Below, in pieces: positions 47,440 to 57,665 of a stretch of 64,000 bases of DNA. The position numbers and the translations under genes are program-made. A model generated the notes under the pieces. That model saw nothing but the letters and a program-made list of their open reading frames with translations. It was not told the origin of the DNA and made no database searches. Each line of letters starts with the position of its first letter. The stretch's first letter is position 1. The DNA comes from a virus. Its lineage: Duplodnaviria > Caudoviricetes. Location of the stretch: positions 9,950-73,949 of IMG/VR virus record IMGVR_UViG_3300030012_002336; one strand, written 5' to 3'.

Positions 47440-50400
47440 TATAAATTATTCTTTTTATATGCATTTTCATCAGCAATATTCTGTGTTGCTACATTAATCA
47501 TATATTGTTCTAAAGCTGCTTTTAATTCAAGAATTTCATCAGCTCTATATATTCTTTCATCTGGTATAATTTGAGCAGGAACTACTGCTAAAGCATCATC
47601 ACTCCATTTATAGTCTTGAACCCTTGCTTTAAACTGACCACCTCCAATATGTTCTATAATAGCTGTACCAGCATTTGGTAATTGCATTTTATATATTTGC
47701 TCATCAGTAGTCATTATATATTTAGCTAATTGATCTACAGCATATGATGAATCCATATTTCTATTTTGATCTAAATCTTTTCTCATATACATTACTATAC
47801 CATTAGTCATAATCTTTTGATATGCTTCCAAACCATCTTTACTTAATTTAACTTTATAATTACCTTGTAGTGTTTCTGCTGGTTCTCCAAATGATATTCC
47901 ATCTTTATTTACAATTGCTCCAAGCATGTCTTCTATAATTGGTCCTGATTGTACATTAGGTTGTAATTTATATGCTGTAAAAGAATAGTCACCATCAGGC
48001 CCTAACTCATTAGATCCTGTCTTACTCCATGAAATATCAAAAATAGATCTTCTAGTATCATTCTTCTGAGCCATTAATAAATAATCTATCATTTGTTCCA
48101 TAATTTGATTTGCAGCAATATTATTTTTGTCATTTATTAAAGCATTAACATCAGCTCCAAAACCTGTTTCACTAGTTTTTGGTATACTAGCTTGCCAATC
48201 TTTACCAGGAACCCTACTTCTTAATACTTCAGCCATGTTTAAAAGAAAATGTGTTGCATCTGTAGGAACTCTTTCACCATCTACCATTTGATATTTAGCA
48301 TATGTATTATCAAAATAAGCATCCATAATAGGATCTAACTTTACATCTTGCCCCATTTGTGGTAAATTGCCACTTATAAAATCTTTATAATTAAATGAAT
48401 ACTTACCAGGAGCATCACCTTCTCTCATTAGTATTTGTAAATTTTGTAGCATACCTACATTATCAGCATCTGATAATCTTTCTTCTCCTTCTGCATTATC
48501 TGAACTACTTTCACCATCATAAATCTCATAAGCTAACTCTCTTAATGCTTCTATTTTTTCATCATTAGATTTTTCATCTCTTAAGAGACTCCCTATCATA
48601 GTACGTCTTGTGGCATATGGTGCAAAAACCCATGTACCAGGGTTATTATCAATTCCCAAACCTAATGGAAATCCATCTCCCGAAGGTTGTTCCTCCCAAA
48701 AGAAAGATTGTGCAAGTAGTGGATTCTTTTCAAATATATCTATTTTGTCTCTATCATTAAAAGAATACTCTTTTGTAATTCTTCCAGGTTGAGCTTTTGT
48801 AGAAAACACAGCATATTTATGATTTTTATTTAAATAATCTAAAACATCCTGAATATTACCATCATTAGTTGCCATTGCTACTACTTGATCAGCAAAAGTT
48901 TCTTTATCTACAATTACATATGTACTATCACTATAATTATTATACCTACCTGAACCGTCAGTATTAGGTGATAATATTGAACTTATACTTTCTCCATTTA
49001 GTCCCATCTTTAATTGCTTTTCAGTCTGTACTAAAGGAGGAAAACCTTTTTGATTAACAGCATTGTCTGTTACATTCTCTGATTGTAAGTTTTTTAAAAT
49101 TCTATTATATTCTTTTTCAGCATTTACAAATAACCCTTTTTCTACATCTAATGCACCTAAGATATTTACAAGACTCATATAAGCTTGAGGCTTTTGATTA
49201 AATATAGGTGACCCAGAATTTAAAAGTATATCTTGTTCAATTATAGGGCCATTAGGATCACCAGGTATTACACTTCTATATCCTGATGTTAATGTGCTAT
49301 CTACTTTTGCTCTAAAGTGATTAACAAATGCATCTTTATTTGTTTCATTAACAGCTAATGAATAGTCTTTTATCAAATCATCAACACTTCCAGTTTTATA
49401 AATTGTATCTGATCCAGTGGCTGTATTATTAACAACAGGATATCTAAACTGAGTTCCTAAACTATCAGGAACTACATATGGAGAATTTTGAAACTCATCT
49501 GACATTGAACCTATTTTTAAAATAAAGTCATTTGTTAATAGATCTATTTTGCTCATCTGATCATTTCTATCAATCTGCATTTTATCTAATATATTAAACT
49601 CTTGCTTTTCTATATTTTCTGCTAAGTCTTCATTATAATTTTTAAAATCAAATGCTTTTGGTTTTGCATCTTTAAAGCTATCATATATAGATCCAGTAAG
49701 ACCGTCTGCTATATTCTTTAAATCTTGACTATACTTTGCAGTTTTTCTAGCTTCTGCTCCTCTTAATGCTATTTCATTTAATCTATTTTGAGCTTTAAAA
49801 CCTTCTAAAGCCCACTGAAAGTCTTGTTGTTTTTTTAACTTTGCTAATTCATTAACTTTAAAAGTCTGTTTTGCACCAATTCTACTATAAGCACTTCCAG
49901 CTTCTTTTAACTTAGGTCCTACTGTTAATATACTATATGCTTGATATGCTGTTGATAAAAGTTTATCTAAATCATTAGCCGGTGCTTTTAATGTTTGTAC
50001 TTGTCTTTGTATTAGATCTTTATTTTTTTTTGCTAAATCTAATTCAAATGCTTTTTGCATTATTATATTTTCAGAAGGGCTACCTGGTATTATATTATAT
50101 TTTTGTTTATACTCTTCCCAACTTTTTTTCTCACCCTCTAAATTGTTTTCTAAAGACTCAGCCTCGGATAAATCCATTATTCCAGCATCTACAGCTTGAT
50201 TTATATAATCTTGTGCCCAAAATTCATATGCATTTTGCTCACTACCATATTCTGCAATATTATCTGGATTAGTAGCAAAATTTCTTGCATTTACATATGC
50301 TTCTGTCTGCATACCTAATTGAACTTTAGGATCTGTAAGCATAGTATTTTTTAAATAATTAAATGTATCATCAACAGTTATAGGTATAGGTTCACCATCT

Positions 50401-51083
50401 CTATCTAACTTATAATCTTTACCATTATCAGCTAGCTCATATCCTATAATTCTATTAGTTAATGCAGTTCCATTTGTTGTAGTTATCATCCAATCTCCAT
50501 TAGGAGTTGTTTGTTCAAAAGTTAAACCAGATGCTTTTAAAGATTCAAATGCCCTTTCAAAATAGTTTGGATTATCAACATAAGAAGGTAACCCCATATT
50601 CCTAGCACCTTGAGTTGTAGCATTTTTAAAATCATCTATGTGCATGTTTAATCTATCCACACCTATTTGCCACCATTTATTATTATCTTCTGGGTTAGGA
50701 GAGTTGAAATAAAAGTTAGCTTTTTCCATTTGATCACTAACTCTTTTAGTAAAGGCCATGTCCTTTCTTATATCTTGATCATCATAAAAAGGTCTAAATA
50801 AACCTTTAGCTGCATCAACATTTTGTTGTAATGATAAGTCTAAACCTGCTATTTGTTTTAACCCTTCAGTTAATCTATTTGCATACTGATCTCTTCTCTC
50901 AATATTCTCTTCTCTTGTTAGAGGTGCGTTAACAACATCATTATATAAATTATTTAATGATCTAAAGTTTGTATCATACCTATCTTGTCTGATAGTTAAT
51001 ACATCAGATAGAAACTTATAGTCCGGCTTAAACGGCTCTAAATTCGGTATGTAATCCTGTACTCCAGGTAAATATGTAGCCAT
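47439..51083 (-). CDS. Large virion cargo/ejection protein
   Basis: 1214 aa, helical N-terminus; translationally coupled to the vRNAP gene. Confidence 0.55.
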   Translation of the reverse strand: MATYLPGVQDYIPNLEPFKPDYKFLSDVLTIRQDRYDTNFRSLNNLYNDVVNAPLTREENIERRDQYANRLTEGLKQIAGLDLSLQQNVDAAKGLFRPFYDDQDIRKDMAFTKRVSDQMEKANFYFNSPNPEDNNKWWQIGVDRLNMHIDDFKNATTQGARNMGLPSYVDNPNYFERAFESLKASGLTFEQTTPNGDWMITTTNGTALTNRIIGYELADNGKDYKLDRDGEPIPITVDDTFNYLKNTMLTDPKVQLGMQTEAYVNARNFATNPDNIAEYGSEQNAYEFWAQDYINQAVDAGIMDLSEAESLENNLEGEKKSWEEYKQKYNIIPGSPSENIIMQKAFELDLAKKNKDLIQRQVQTLKAPANDLDKLLSTAYQAYSILTVGPKLKEAGSAYSRIGAKQTFKVNELAKLKKQQDFQWALEGFKAQNRLNEIALRGAEARKTAKYSQDLKNIADGLTGSIYDSFKDAKPKAFDFKNYNEDLAENIEKQEFNILDKMQIDRNDQMSKIDLLTNDFILKIGSMSDEFQNSPYVVPDSLGTQFRYPVVNNTATGSDTIYKTGSVDDLIKDYSLAVNETNKDAFVNHFRAKVDSTLTSGYRSVIPGDPNGPIIEQDILLNSGSPIFNQKPQAYMSLVNILGALDVEKGLFVNAEKEYNRILKNLQSENVTDNAVNQKGFPPLVQTEKQLKMGLNGESISSILSPNTDGSGRYNNYSDSTYVIVDKETFADQVVAMATNDGNIQDVLDYLNKNHKYAVFSTKAQPGRITKEYSFNDRDKIDIFEKNPLLAQSFFWEEQPSGDGFPLGLGIDNNPGTWVFAPYATRRTMIGSLLRDEKSNDEKIEALRELAYEIYDGESSSDNAEGEERLSDADNVGMLQNLQILMREGDAPGKYSFNYKDFISGNLPQMGQDVKLDPIMDAYFDNTYAKYQMVDGERVPTDATHFLLNMAEVLRSRVPGKDWQASIPKTSETGFGADVNALINDKNNIAANQIMEQMIDYLLMAQKNDTRRSIFDISWSKTGSNELGPDGDYSFTAYKLQPNVQSGPIIEDMLGAIVNKDGISFGEPAETLQGNYKVKLSKDGLEAYQKIMTNGIVMYMRKDLDQNRNMDSSYAVDQLAKYIMTTDEQIYKMQLPNAGTAIIEHIGGGQFKARVQDYKWSDDALAVVPAQIIPDERIYRADEILELKAALEQYMINVATQNIADENAYKKNNL

Positions 51084-51088
51084 AATAC

Positions 51089-51099
51089 TAAGATACTAA
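51089..51099 (-). promoter_or_regulatory. Variant of the late promoter motif (TTAGTATCTTA)
   Basis: 2 mismatches to TTTGTATATTA; intergenic, 5 nt before the ATG. Confidence 0.35.
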
Positions 51100-51142
51100 A
51101 ATTTTATAAGTTTTTCTTTTTTTCATTTTACACTTTTTAAGT

Positions 51143-54100
51143 TTAACGTCTTGTTCTTTTTAAAAAGTCATTAAGTGCCATACCACTTTTAGCAAGTCTT
51201 AACTCTCTACCTCTTCTAGATATATTATCATAACCACTATTTTTAACAGCATCTGCATCAGTGTTTGTACTTTGATTATTAAAGGTTTTATTCCACTCAA
51301 TAAAATTAGGAAGCTGCTCTTCAGGTATACCTTTTAGTATTGCATCATGATACCAATCTAGGTATTGACTTTTTGAATCTCCAGGACTTATATAGTTAGG
51401 ATCTTTATTAAACTCCTTTGGATTTACAATATCAATGAATCCCCCTGTGCCAGGCATAACATTAAAGTTAGGATACAAAGTGTTCATATTATATGTATTC
51501 GCTGCATTAGTATACATATTTTGCATTTGCTTTGTAATCTCTGCATTAGCTTTTCTTAATGAGTTGTCATAGTTTTGTTCTGTTAATACAGTATTATCAT
51601 ATAACTTTTTTAATTCAGTATTATTTAATAACTGTGTTTTATACTTAATTTCTGCATTCTTTGCATCTACTGTATTAGCTATAGTTATATTATCATTCTG
51701 CACTCTATTCATTACATCAGCTATTTGTGCTGCTGCTTTACCCTGAGCTTTTGCTTGTACAGCTGCCGCTCTTTGTGGCCCGGAAAAAGCAGACGCAGTA
51801 TCTGCAGCAATAACAGCTTGTTCACCTATTGCAGCTATTTCTCTTTCTGGATCTTTGAATACAGGATCAAGTAAATTTTCATTATACTTGGGTGCCCATG
51901 GATAATACTTTTTAAGACTCATTTTAGCATCTAAAGCATTAGCCAAACCCATCTTATCTTGTAACCAAAACTCGGGATCTGGAGGTGTTGTAACATCAAT
52001 ATCTGGCACATCTATTTCTTTCAAACCTCCTTGACATATACATCCCTCTCCTGTTTCTGGATTATAAGGAATAAATGTACCACCTTGCTCATCACATTGG
52101 GCTTTTATCTCTGCAGCGTTAGCACAGTCAGTAGTTTCTGTTATAGCATTTTCTATATTAAAAAGAAAATCATTTCCCATATATGAACTCATTTTAGAAG
52201 CATTAGCATCTGCATCTAACTGATTAGTATCAATATTTTGATTTGTATTTATATCAAAATTTTGACCAGGCATTTTACTTAATATAGCACCAGAATTAAT
52301 TGCAGCCATCATATGAGCTCCTTCTTCTTCATTAAATGCCGGAATAGGATTACCATCTACATCAACTAAACCAAGTTTTTGATACTCTTGATTGTAATAC
52401 CAGTTTTTACCTACACGTTCTCCTTTTCTCCAAACGTTACCTCTATATTTTTTACATCTTTTATTTCTAATATCATCTTCTGTACATGTATCATCCTTAG
52501 TCCATTTAAATTGACTATCCCAATTTGGATCATCTCTATATAAAGGATTATCTTTTGCTTTTTGATTTAATGCATCAGCAACTCTATTATGATGAGCGTA
52601 CATTCTGTGAAACTCTTCTTCTGATAAAGGTTCAAAGTTTGGATTTTTCTTTAAAAATTTTGAATCTCCACTTTTCTGATCTTCTATATATGTTTTATAT
52701 ATTTGATATCTTTTATTTCTATAAGCTTCTTGTTCAGGACTCATATACCAATCACTCCAACTATCATAACCATCATAATTTTTTTGTATAGTTTGAATAT
52801 CTCTCTCAGATACATTTACAGATTTTCTCTCTACTTCATTATAATTTTGTGCATATGCTTTTAAAATTAACTCATAAGTATCAGGATCAGTATTTTTTAA
52901 TCTTGCAAGCTCAATCTTATTACTAATAATTGTTCCATCTCCTAACTCTATTGGAAATGCATTTTTATTTAAAGATTCTGTTAACTCTTCTCCTGTTGCT
53001 GCTTTTGGAAGCTCACCTCCTTCACTCATTGTCTCTAATGTATCTCCTGCAGCAAAAGAAGATCCCACATAATAAGGACTTGTTTTATCTGTATAGTTAA
53101 GATTACTTTCATCTGTAAAATTTAAATCATCATCTTTCTCTGCATAAGGATTTTGATTTTGTTGCAACTTTTGAAAAAGCTCCATTATTTCTTTATTATT
53201 ATCCTTTACATAGTTTTCTTGATTATCTAAAGCATTATCTAATTCATCTTCTTCTCTAGCAATAGTATTTTCTATTCTATTCTCATAAACTTGTTTATAT
53301 GCCTCTAAATAAGCAGCATTTGGTTCAGAAGGTGGAGGATTACCATCTTTAATATGTTTAACCCAATACTCTACTGTAGCTTCATCAATATTTTCTTGTT
53401 GAGATTGAGAATTAGTAAGGTTTGTTTGTATTATTAAATCTCTTTCTTGTTTAGCTAACTTTGCTAACTCTGCATTTAATCTTTTTAACTCTTCATTAAA
53501 ATCAGTTAACTTTGATATTTGTTGTTGATTAGTAACAGTTTTATCATTATTATTAGTTTGTATAATAGAAGCTTCTAAAGGTGTAGTGCTTGTTAAAGGT
53601 TGACCATCATAAGTTTGAGTAGGAACATTAAAGTTAGGAATATTTAATCCTGCAGTACTCATATTATCCATTGGGAAAAACATATCAGGCATATCATATT
53701 CACCTCTAGTTTGATATTTATCTAACTCACCTCCCTCTTCTAAGTCAGCAAGTGGCATAGTATCCATATCAGGAGTTTGCATATCTGTTTCTAATTCCCT
53801 ATTATCTAACTTTATAGGATCATTAATAACTCTATTTTCTTCAGTTTTTTCTATTTGTCTTTGTATATTTTGAACTTGAGCTTTTAACTCCATAACCTTT
53901 TCTCTTACCTCTATAGGTAATTGCATAATAGCTTTTAACTCTGCTTGCTCTTTAGTTATGTTTTCTACTTTTTGACTAAATTCAATTGGATTAACTCCTT
54001 GTTTTTGCAAGTAAGGATATGATGCTAAAGGTACACCATCTTCAAACTCTTTCTTTGCTTCTTGTAAAAAAGCTAATTGAGATAAAGATTCTTTATTTTT

Positions 54101-54631
54101 CTGCAGCATGTACTCTGCTGTATCTTTTGATATTTTATCTGAAGCTTCATCATCTAAAATAGATATATATTTATTTAATTCATATTTCTTTGATACATCT
54201 GCAGGAGTCATTTTCTTTTTAGACTCTATACCCATTTCAGCTAGCTCACTTTGATTAAGCTTCATAGATGCAGTGTCTGAATAAATAAATGACTGAGGTG
54301 GCAAATTCAAAGGTGTACCTCCCTCTGAATGTCTTTTTCCAGATATATTATATAATTCAAAATCACCATCATTATTCATATCAGTAAGAGCAGTCTCACC
54401 TCTTTCTGCTTCAAGATTAGCTTCATCTCTAGGCACAGGACCTAAAGTATTACTTACTTTACCAAACGGCTCTGCAGACATGTTATACATGTCATCATAA
54501 ATTTGATTATCTGTAATTAATCCATAGCTAGAATCTTGTTGACCAGTTGATCCACCATACATAGATTTCTTGACAACTTTTCCATCAACTAAAGCAAAAC
54601 CTTCTGGTAATTTATTAATTTTTACTTTCAT
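51143..54631 (-). CDS. Large virion cargo protein with EAExGE / GxxHxEGG domain and GG linkers
   Basis: NLEAERGE...GKRHSEGGTPL...FIYSD; coiled coils. Confidence 0.6.
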   Translation of the reverse strand: MKVKINKLPEGFALVDGKVVKKSMYGGSTGQQDSSYGLITDNQIYDDMYNMSAEPFGKVSNTLGPVPRDEANLEAERGETALTDMNNDGDFELYNISGKRHSEGGTPLNLPPQSFIYSDTASMKLNQSELAEMGIESKKKMTPADVSKKYELNKYISILDDEASDKISKDTAEYMLQKNKESLSQLAFLQEAKKEFEDGVPLASYPYLQKQGVNPIEFSQKVENITKEQAELKAIMQLPIEVREKVMELKAQVQNIQRQIEKTEENRVINDPIKLDNRELETDMQTPDMDTMPLADLEEGGELDKYQTRGEYDMPDMFFPMDNMSTAGLNIPNFNVPTQTYDGQPLTSTTPLEASIIQTNNNDKTVTNQQQISKLTDFNEELKRLNAELAKLAKQERDLIIQTNLTNSQSQQENIDEATVEYWVKHIKDGNPPPSEPNAAYLEAYKQVYENRIENTIAREEDELDNALDNQENYVKDNNKEIMELFQKLQQNQNPYAEKDDDLNFTDESNLNYTDKTSPYYVGSSFAAGDTLETMSEGGELPKAATGEELTESLNKNAFPIELGDGTIISNKIELARLKNTDPDTYELILKAYAQNYNEVERKSVNVSERDIQTIQKNYDGYDSWSDWYMSPEQEAYRNKRYQIYKTYIEDQKSGDSKFLKKNPNFEPLSEEEFHRMYAHHNRVADALNQKAKDNPLYRDDPNWDSQFKWTKDDTCTEDDIRNKRCKKYRGNVWRKGERVGKNWYYNQEYQKLGLVDVDGNPIPAFNEEEGAHMMAAINSGAILSKMPGQNFDINTNQNIDTNQLDADANASKMSSYMGNDFLFNIENAITETTDCANAAEIKAQCDEQGGTFIPYNPETGEGCICQGGLKEIDVPDIDVTTPPDPEFWLQDKMGLANALDAKMSLKKYYPWAPKYNENLLDPVFKDPEREIAAIGEQAVIAADTASAFSGPQRAAAVQAKAQGKAAAQIADVMNRVQNDNITIANTVDAKNAEIKYKTQLLNNTELKKLYDNTVLTEQNYDNSLRKANAEITKQMQNMYTNAANTYNMNTLYPNFNVMPGTGGFIDIVNPKEFNKDPNYISPGDSKSQYLDWYHDAILKGIPEEQLPNFIEWNKTFNNQSTNTDADAVKNSGYDNISRRGRELRLAKSGMALNDFLKRTRR

Positions 54632-54633
54632 AA

Positions 54634-57609
54634 TTATAGTATTTCTATATCTGCTCCTGCAGCAATTAGTGCTTTATAAGTATTAATATCTATTTCAGCC
54701 TCACCACCAGTGCCATAAAATGATCCTCCATACAACGCTTGACTTTGTGGCTCATACTCTTCATCATCTCTTTGTGACTGAGGTGTATATTCTTCATCAT
54801 CTCTCTGAGATTGTGGTGTATACTCTTCATCATTTCTTTGAGATTGTGGAATATATTCTTCTCTTGAAACAGATTGTGGAGTATATTCTTGTGAATCGCT
54901 AGTACTTGAGGTAGTATTTTGTTCTACTACAGGTATACTATTTTGTTCACTGTTTGGAGTAGTAACAACCTCTTCATCTTCTTCTACTACTTGCCTAGAT
55001 GGAGCGGGTGGTCTACTTTGTATAGAACCAGGTGCTGACTGCCTAATAATTGTTTCTTGATTATTACCACCAACAGAATCTACAGTTCTTGGTACAATTG
55101 TAGCAGCTGCTTCATTATTATCCCTCTTAGCATTAAGAACAATTTCATTAAGCATACCGCCTTGAATAGGAGCCATTGTATCTGTTAATAAAACTTCATC
55201 TAACATATAAGGAGTAGATGGTGATCTAACTGGAGCTTGTTGATTTAAATATACTATATCTTCTTCTTCTTCTGGATCTTCTTCTATTTCTTTAAGTTTA
55301 AGATTTTTAAAATATTCATCAGCTTCTGCTTGCTCTTCTTTTCTAATGTTATAAGCCTCTCTAGAAACCATTCTATTAAAGTCTCTTTCATTTTCAGCAT
55401 CTATAGCTTCTTGATCTAAATTAGGATATCTTGATTCATTTACTCTATCAGATAAAGCTAATAAAGATTCTATTACATCTTCATCATAATTTCCATATAC
55501 AGTATCAAATGGTCCTCGCCCAGGTAAATCATCTTTATATCCAAATCCTGAACCTTTATCTATATCATAATCAATAGCTGCTGGCCCTCTATAGCCTTCT
55601 AAAAATCTATAATATCCTTCAGCTACATCAGGATCTAAATTTCCACTAGCTAACTGCCCTCTCATACGTCTTGCCATTTCATCATCTACAATAATTCTAC
55701 CAAAGCCTTCATTAGGTGCTTTTAACCAATCAGGTAATTCAGAAATAGCTGGATTATAACCAACAGTTCTATTCTCATCCTTATAAGCCATAGTTTCATT
55801 ATATTGATCAGAATAATTATTTCCATCTGATGTAGTATTAGTTCCACTAAACTGATTAAGAACTTGATTTTGCTCATCTTCAGTTAAATCATCAAACCCT
55901 TCATATCTATTTGCAATAAAATCTGAGCTAGATGAATCTGATGTAACTTCCTCTTCCTCTCCATTACCTTCCTGAAGATAAGGTAACTCAAACCCATATC
56001 TACCCAATCTACTAATAACTTTATCATCAGGTCTAAATATACCTGTATTAACATCATAGTCACCTTTTGAACCAGAAAGATCAGCATCAGTAGGAGCAAA
56101 TACATTATCTGCTAAATATCCTAAACCTAGTTGTTGTCTTCTTTTTCTTTCTGCTCTATCACGGAAATAATTAGTAATAGGCTTTGCTAAAGTAACTGCA
56201 GTTGTTCCAATCTTATCTAATGTATTTATAACCTTTTGTCCAAAACTACCAGATCTATTTGCTTTTCTAATAGCTCTTTTATCTTCTCTAGTCATTCTAT
56301 CAAAATCCGCATCATCATCAGGACTTACAGTATATACTGCATCACCATCTCTTTCTAATTCTACATCATCTGTTGTTCCATCAAACATACTATCTTCTGG
56401 ATCTTCTTCTTGTGGATCATAATATTCTATATTATCTGAATCATCTTCTTCAACATCCATATCAAAATCAGGATTAAAATTGTACATACCTTCTTCATAG
56501 GTACCTTCTGCTGTATCAAATTCATAATTATCCATATCTGATGCATCTTCTGTTAAGTCAACATCTTCAAATGGATCAGCATCTGCATCAAAATCATCTC
56601 CATCTTGTGCTTTATGTAATATACCGCCATATCTTTCTTCAATTAACTCATCATCATCATAGCTAGAAAAATCTGAGTCTATTCCTGCTTCCTCAGCTAC
56701 AATATCAAATCTAGGAGCACCATAAAAAGCAGTCATATCATAAGGTGCTGGCGGTTCTAATTCAAAATCTGGAAATGAAGTTGGATAATAGATTATAGGA
56801 TCCATTGGAATACTTTCTAAAGATATTGGTTCTGTAATACCTTTAAGGGAGATAGGAAACTCCTGCATCTCTCCATCAACTTCTTTAAAATAAGAAATAG
56901 GATTTCCTTCTTCATCATAATTTATATATTGAGCATCTGGATATTCAAACATCTCTAATCTATCACCCAACTTCATTGTTTGTCTTTTCTTTTTAAAATT
57001 ACGTTTTCCTGTTTTTCTATATTCTTCTAAATCTACTTTTTCTTTTTGATATAATTCAGGATACATTTCAGCTCTGTAATCTAACTCTCTTTGTATTAGC
57101 CACTCATCATACTCATCTGGAGTTTGCATAAATTTGGTAGGATCATTAGGGAATTGTTTTTGTAACTCTGCATTAATTAAAAACTTACCTGTTGGATCAA
57201 TTGGATAAGGAGGTTTAGCTTGTTTAGATAAATCATTATCTCTCCAGTATTGAATAGATTCACCTACTGCACCTATAAAATCTAAAAAAGGATTATCACC
57301 AACACTAGATAATAAATAAGGATTACTCATCCTAAAATTTTGTCCCATTATTTGATTAGGTGCATTAAATTGTCTTTCTTCCTCTCTTAGTGTATTATTA
57401 AATTTTACAGAATTAGGATCTAAATTAGAGTCATCTTGATTAAATTGTATTGCTCTAATATCAAAATCTTCAGAATATTTACTATATGCTTCTTCTGCTT
57501 TTGCAAGATCACTTTCACAAAGTCCACCACCTTTTTGTGTACACCATTGATCAAAATCTAATTTGACTTCTCCTCTATCTTGATATGTTTCTAAATAATT
57601 TTTATACAT
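54634..57609 (-). CDS. Highly acidic large protein with GG linkers (putative internal virion protein)
   Basis: 991 aa, D/E-rich; ERYGGILHKAQDG, GRYGFELPYLQEG. Confidence 0.6.
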   Translation of the reverse strand: MYKNYLETYQDRGEVKLDFDQWCTQKGGGLCESDLAKAEEAYSKYSEDFDIRAIQFNQDDSNLDPNSVKFNNTLREEERQFNAPNQIMGQNFRMSNPYLLSSVGDNPFLDFIGAVGESIQYWRDNDLSKQAKPPYPIDPTGKFLINAELQKQFPNDPTKFMQTPDEYDEWLIQRELDYRAEMYPELYQKEKVDLEEYRKTGKRNFKKKRQTMKLGDRLEMFEYPDAQYINYDEEGNPISYFKEVDGEMQEFPISLKGITEPISLESIPMDPIIYYPTSFPDFELEPPAPYDMTAFYGAPRFDIVAEEAGIDSDFSSYDDDELIEERYGGILHKAQDGDDFDADADPFEDVDLTEDASDMDNYEFDTAEGTYEEGMYNFNPDFDMDVEEDDSDNIEYYDPQEEDPEDSMFDGTTDDVELERDGDAVYTVSPDDDADFDRMTREDKRAIRKANRSGSFGQKVINTLDKIGTTAVTLAKPITNYFRDRAERKRRQQLGLGYLADNVFAPTDADLSGSKGDYDVNTGIFRPDDKVISRLGRYGFELPYLQEGNGEEEEVTSDSSSSDFIANRYEGFDDLTEDEQNQVLNQFSGTNTTSDGNNYSDQYNETMAYKDENRTVGYNPAISELPDWLKAPNEGFGRIIVDDEMARRMRGQLASGNLDPDVAEGYYRFLEGYRGPAAIDYDIDKGSGFGYKDDLPGRGPFDTVYGNYDEDVIESLLALSDRVNESRYPNLDQEAIDAENERDFNRMVSREAYNIRKEEQAEADEYFKNLKLKEIEEDPEEEEDIVYLNQQAPVRSPSTPYMLDEVLLTDTMAPIQGGMLNEIVLNAKRDNNEAAATIVPRTVDSVGGNNQETIIRQSAPGSIQSRPPAPSRQVVEEDEEVVTTPNSEQNSIPVVEQNTTSSTSDSQEYTPQSVSREEYIPQSQRNDEEYTPQSQRDDEEYTPQSQRDDEEYEPQSQALYGGSFYGTGGEAEIDINTYKALIAAGADIEIL
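54740..54892 (-). repeat. 33-bp coding tandem repeat (EEYxPQSQRDD, about 5 copies)
   Basis: EYTPQSVSREEYIPQSQRNDEEYTPQSQRDDEEYTPQSQRDDEEYEPQSQ. Confidence 0.85.
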
Positions 57610-57633
57610 GTTGAAATATGCAGTTTACTATAA

Positions 57634-57644
57634 TAATATACTAA
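57634..57644 (-). promoter_or_regulatory. Variant of the late promoter motif (TTAGTATATTA)
   Basis: 1 mismatch to TTTGTATATTA; intergenic, upstream of ATG 57609. Confidence 0.5.
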
Positions 57645-57665
57645 ATAATATTGACAATCACTAAA

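Noticed and set aside
54634-54700. C-terminus KALIAAGADIEIL resembling the ribosomal L7/L12 tail
   Set aside because: Too short to distinguish from a generic helix-strand ending
54740-54892. CRISPR-like array
   Set aside because: In-frame 33-bp coding repeat with synonymous variation and no unique spacers
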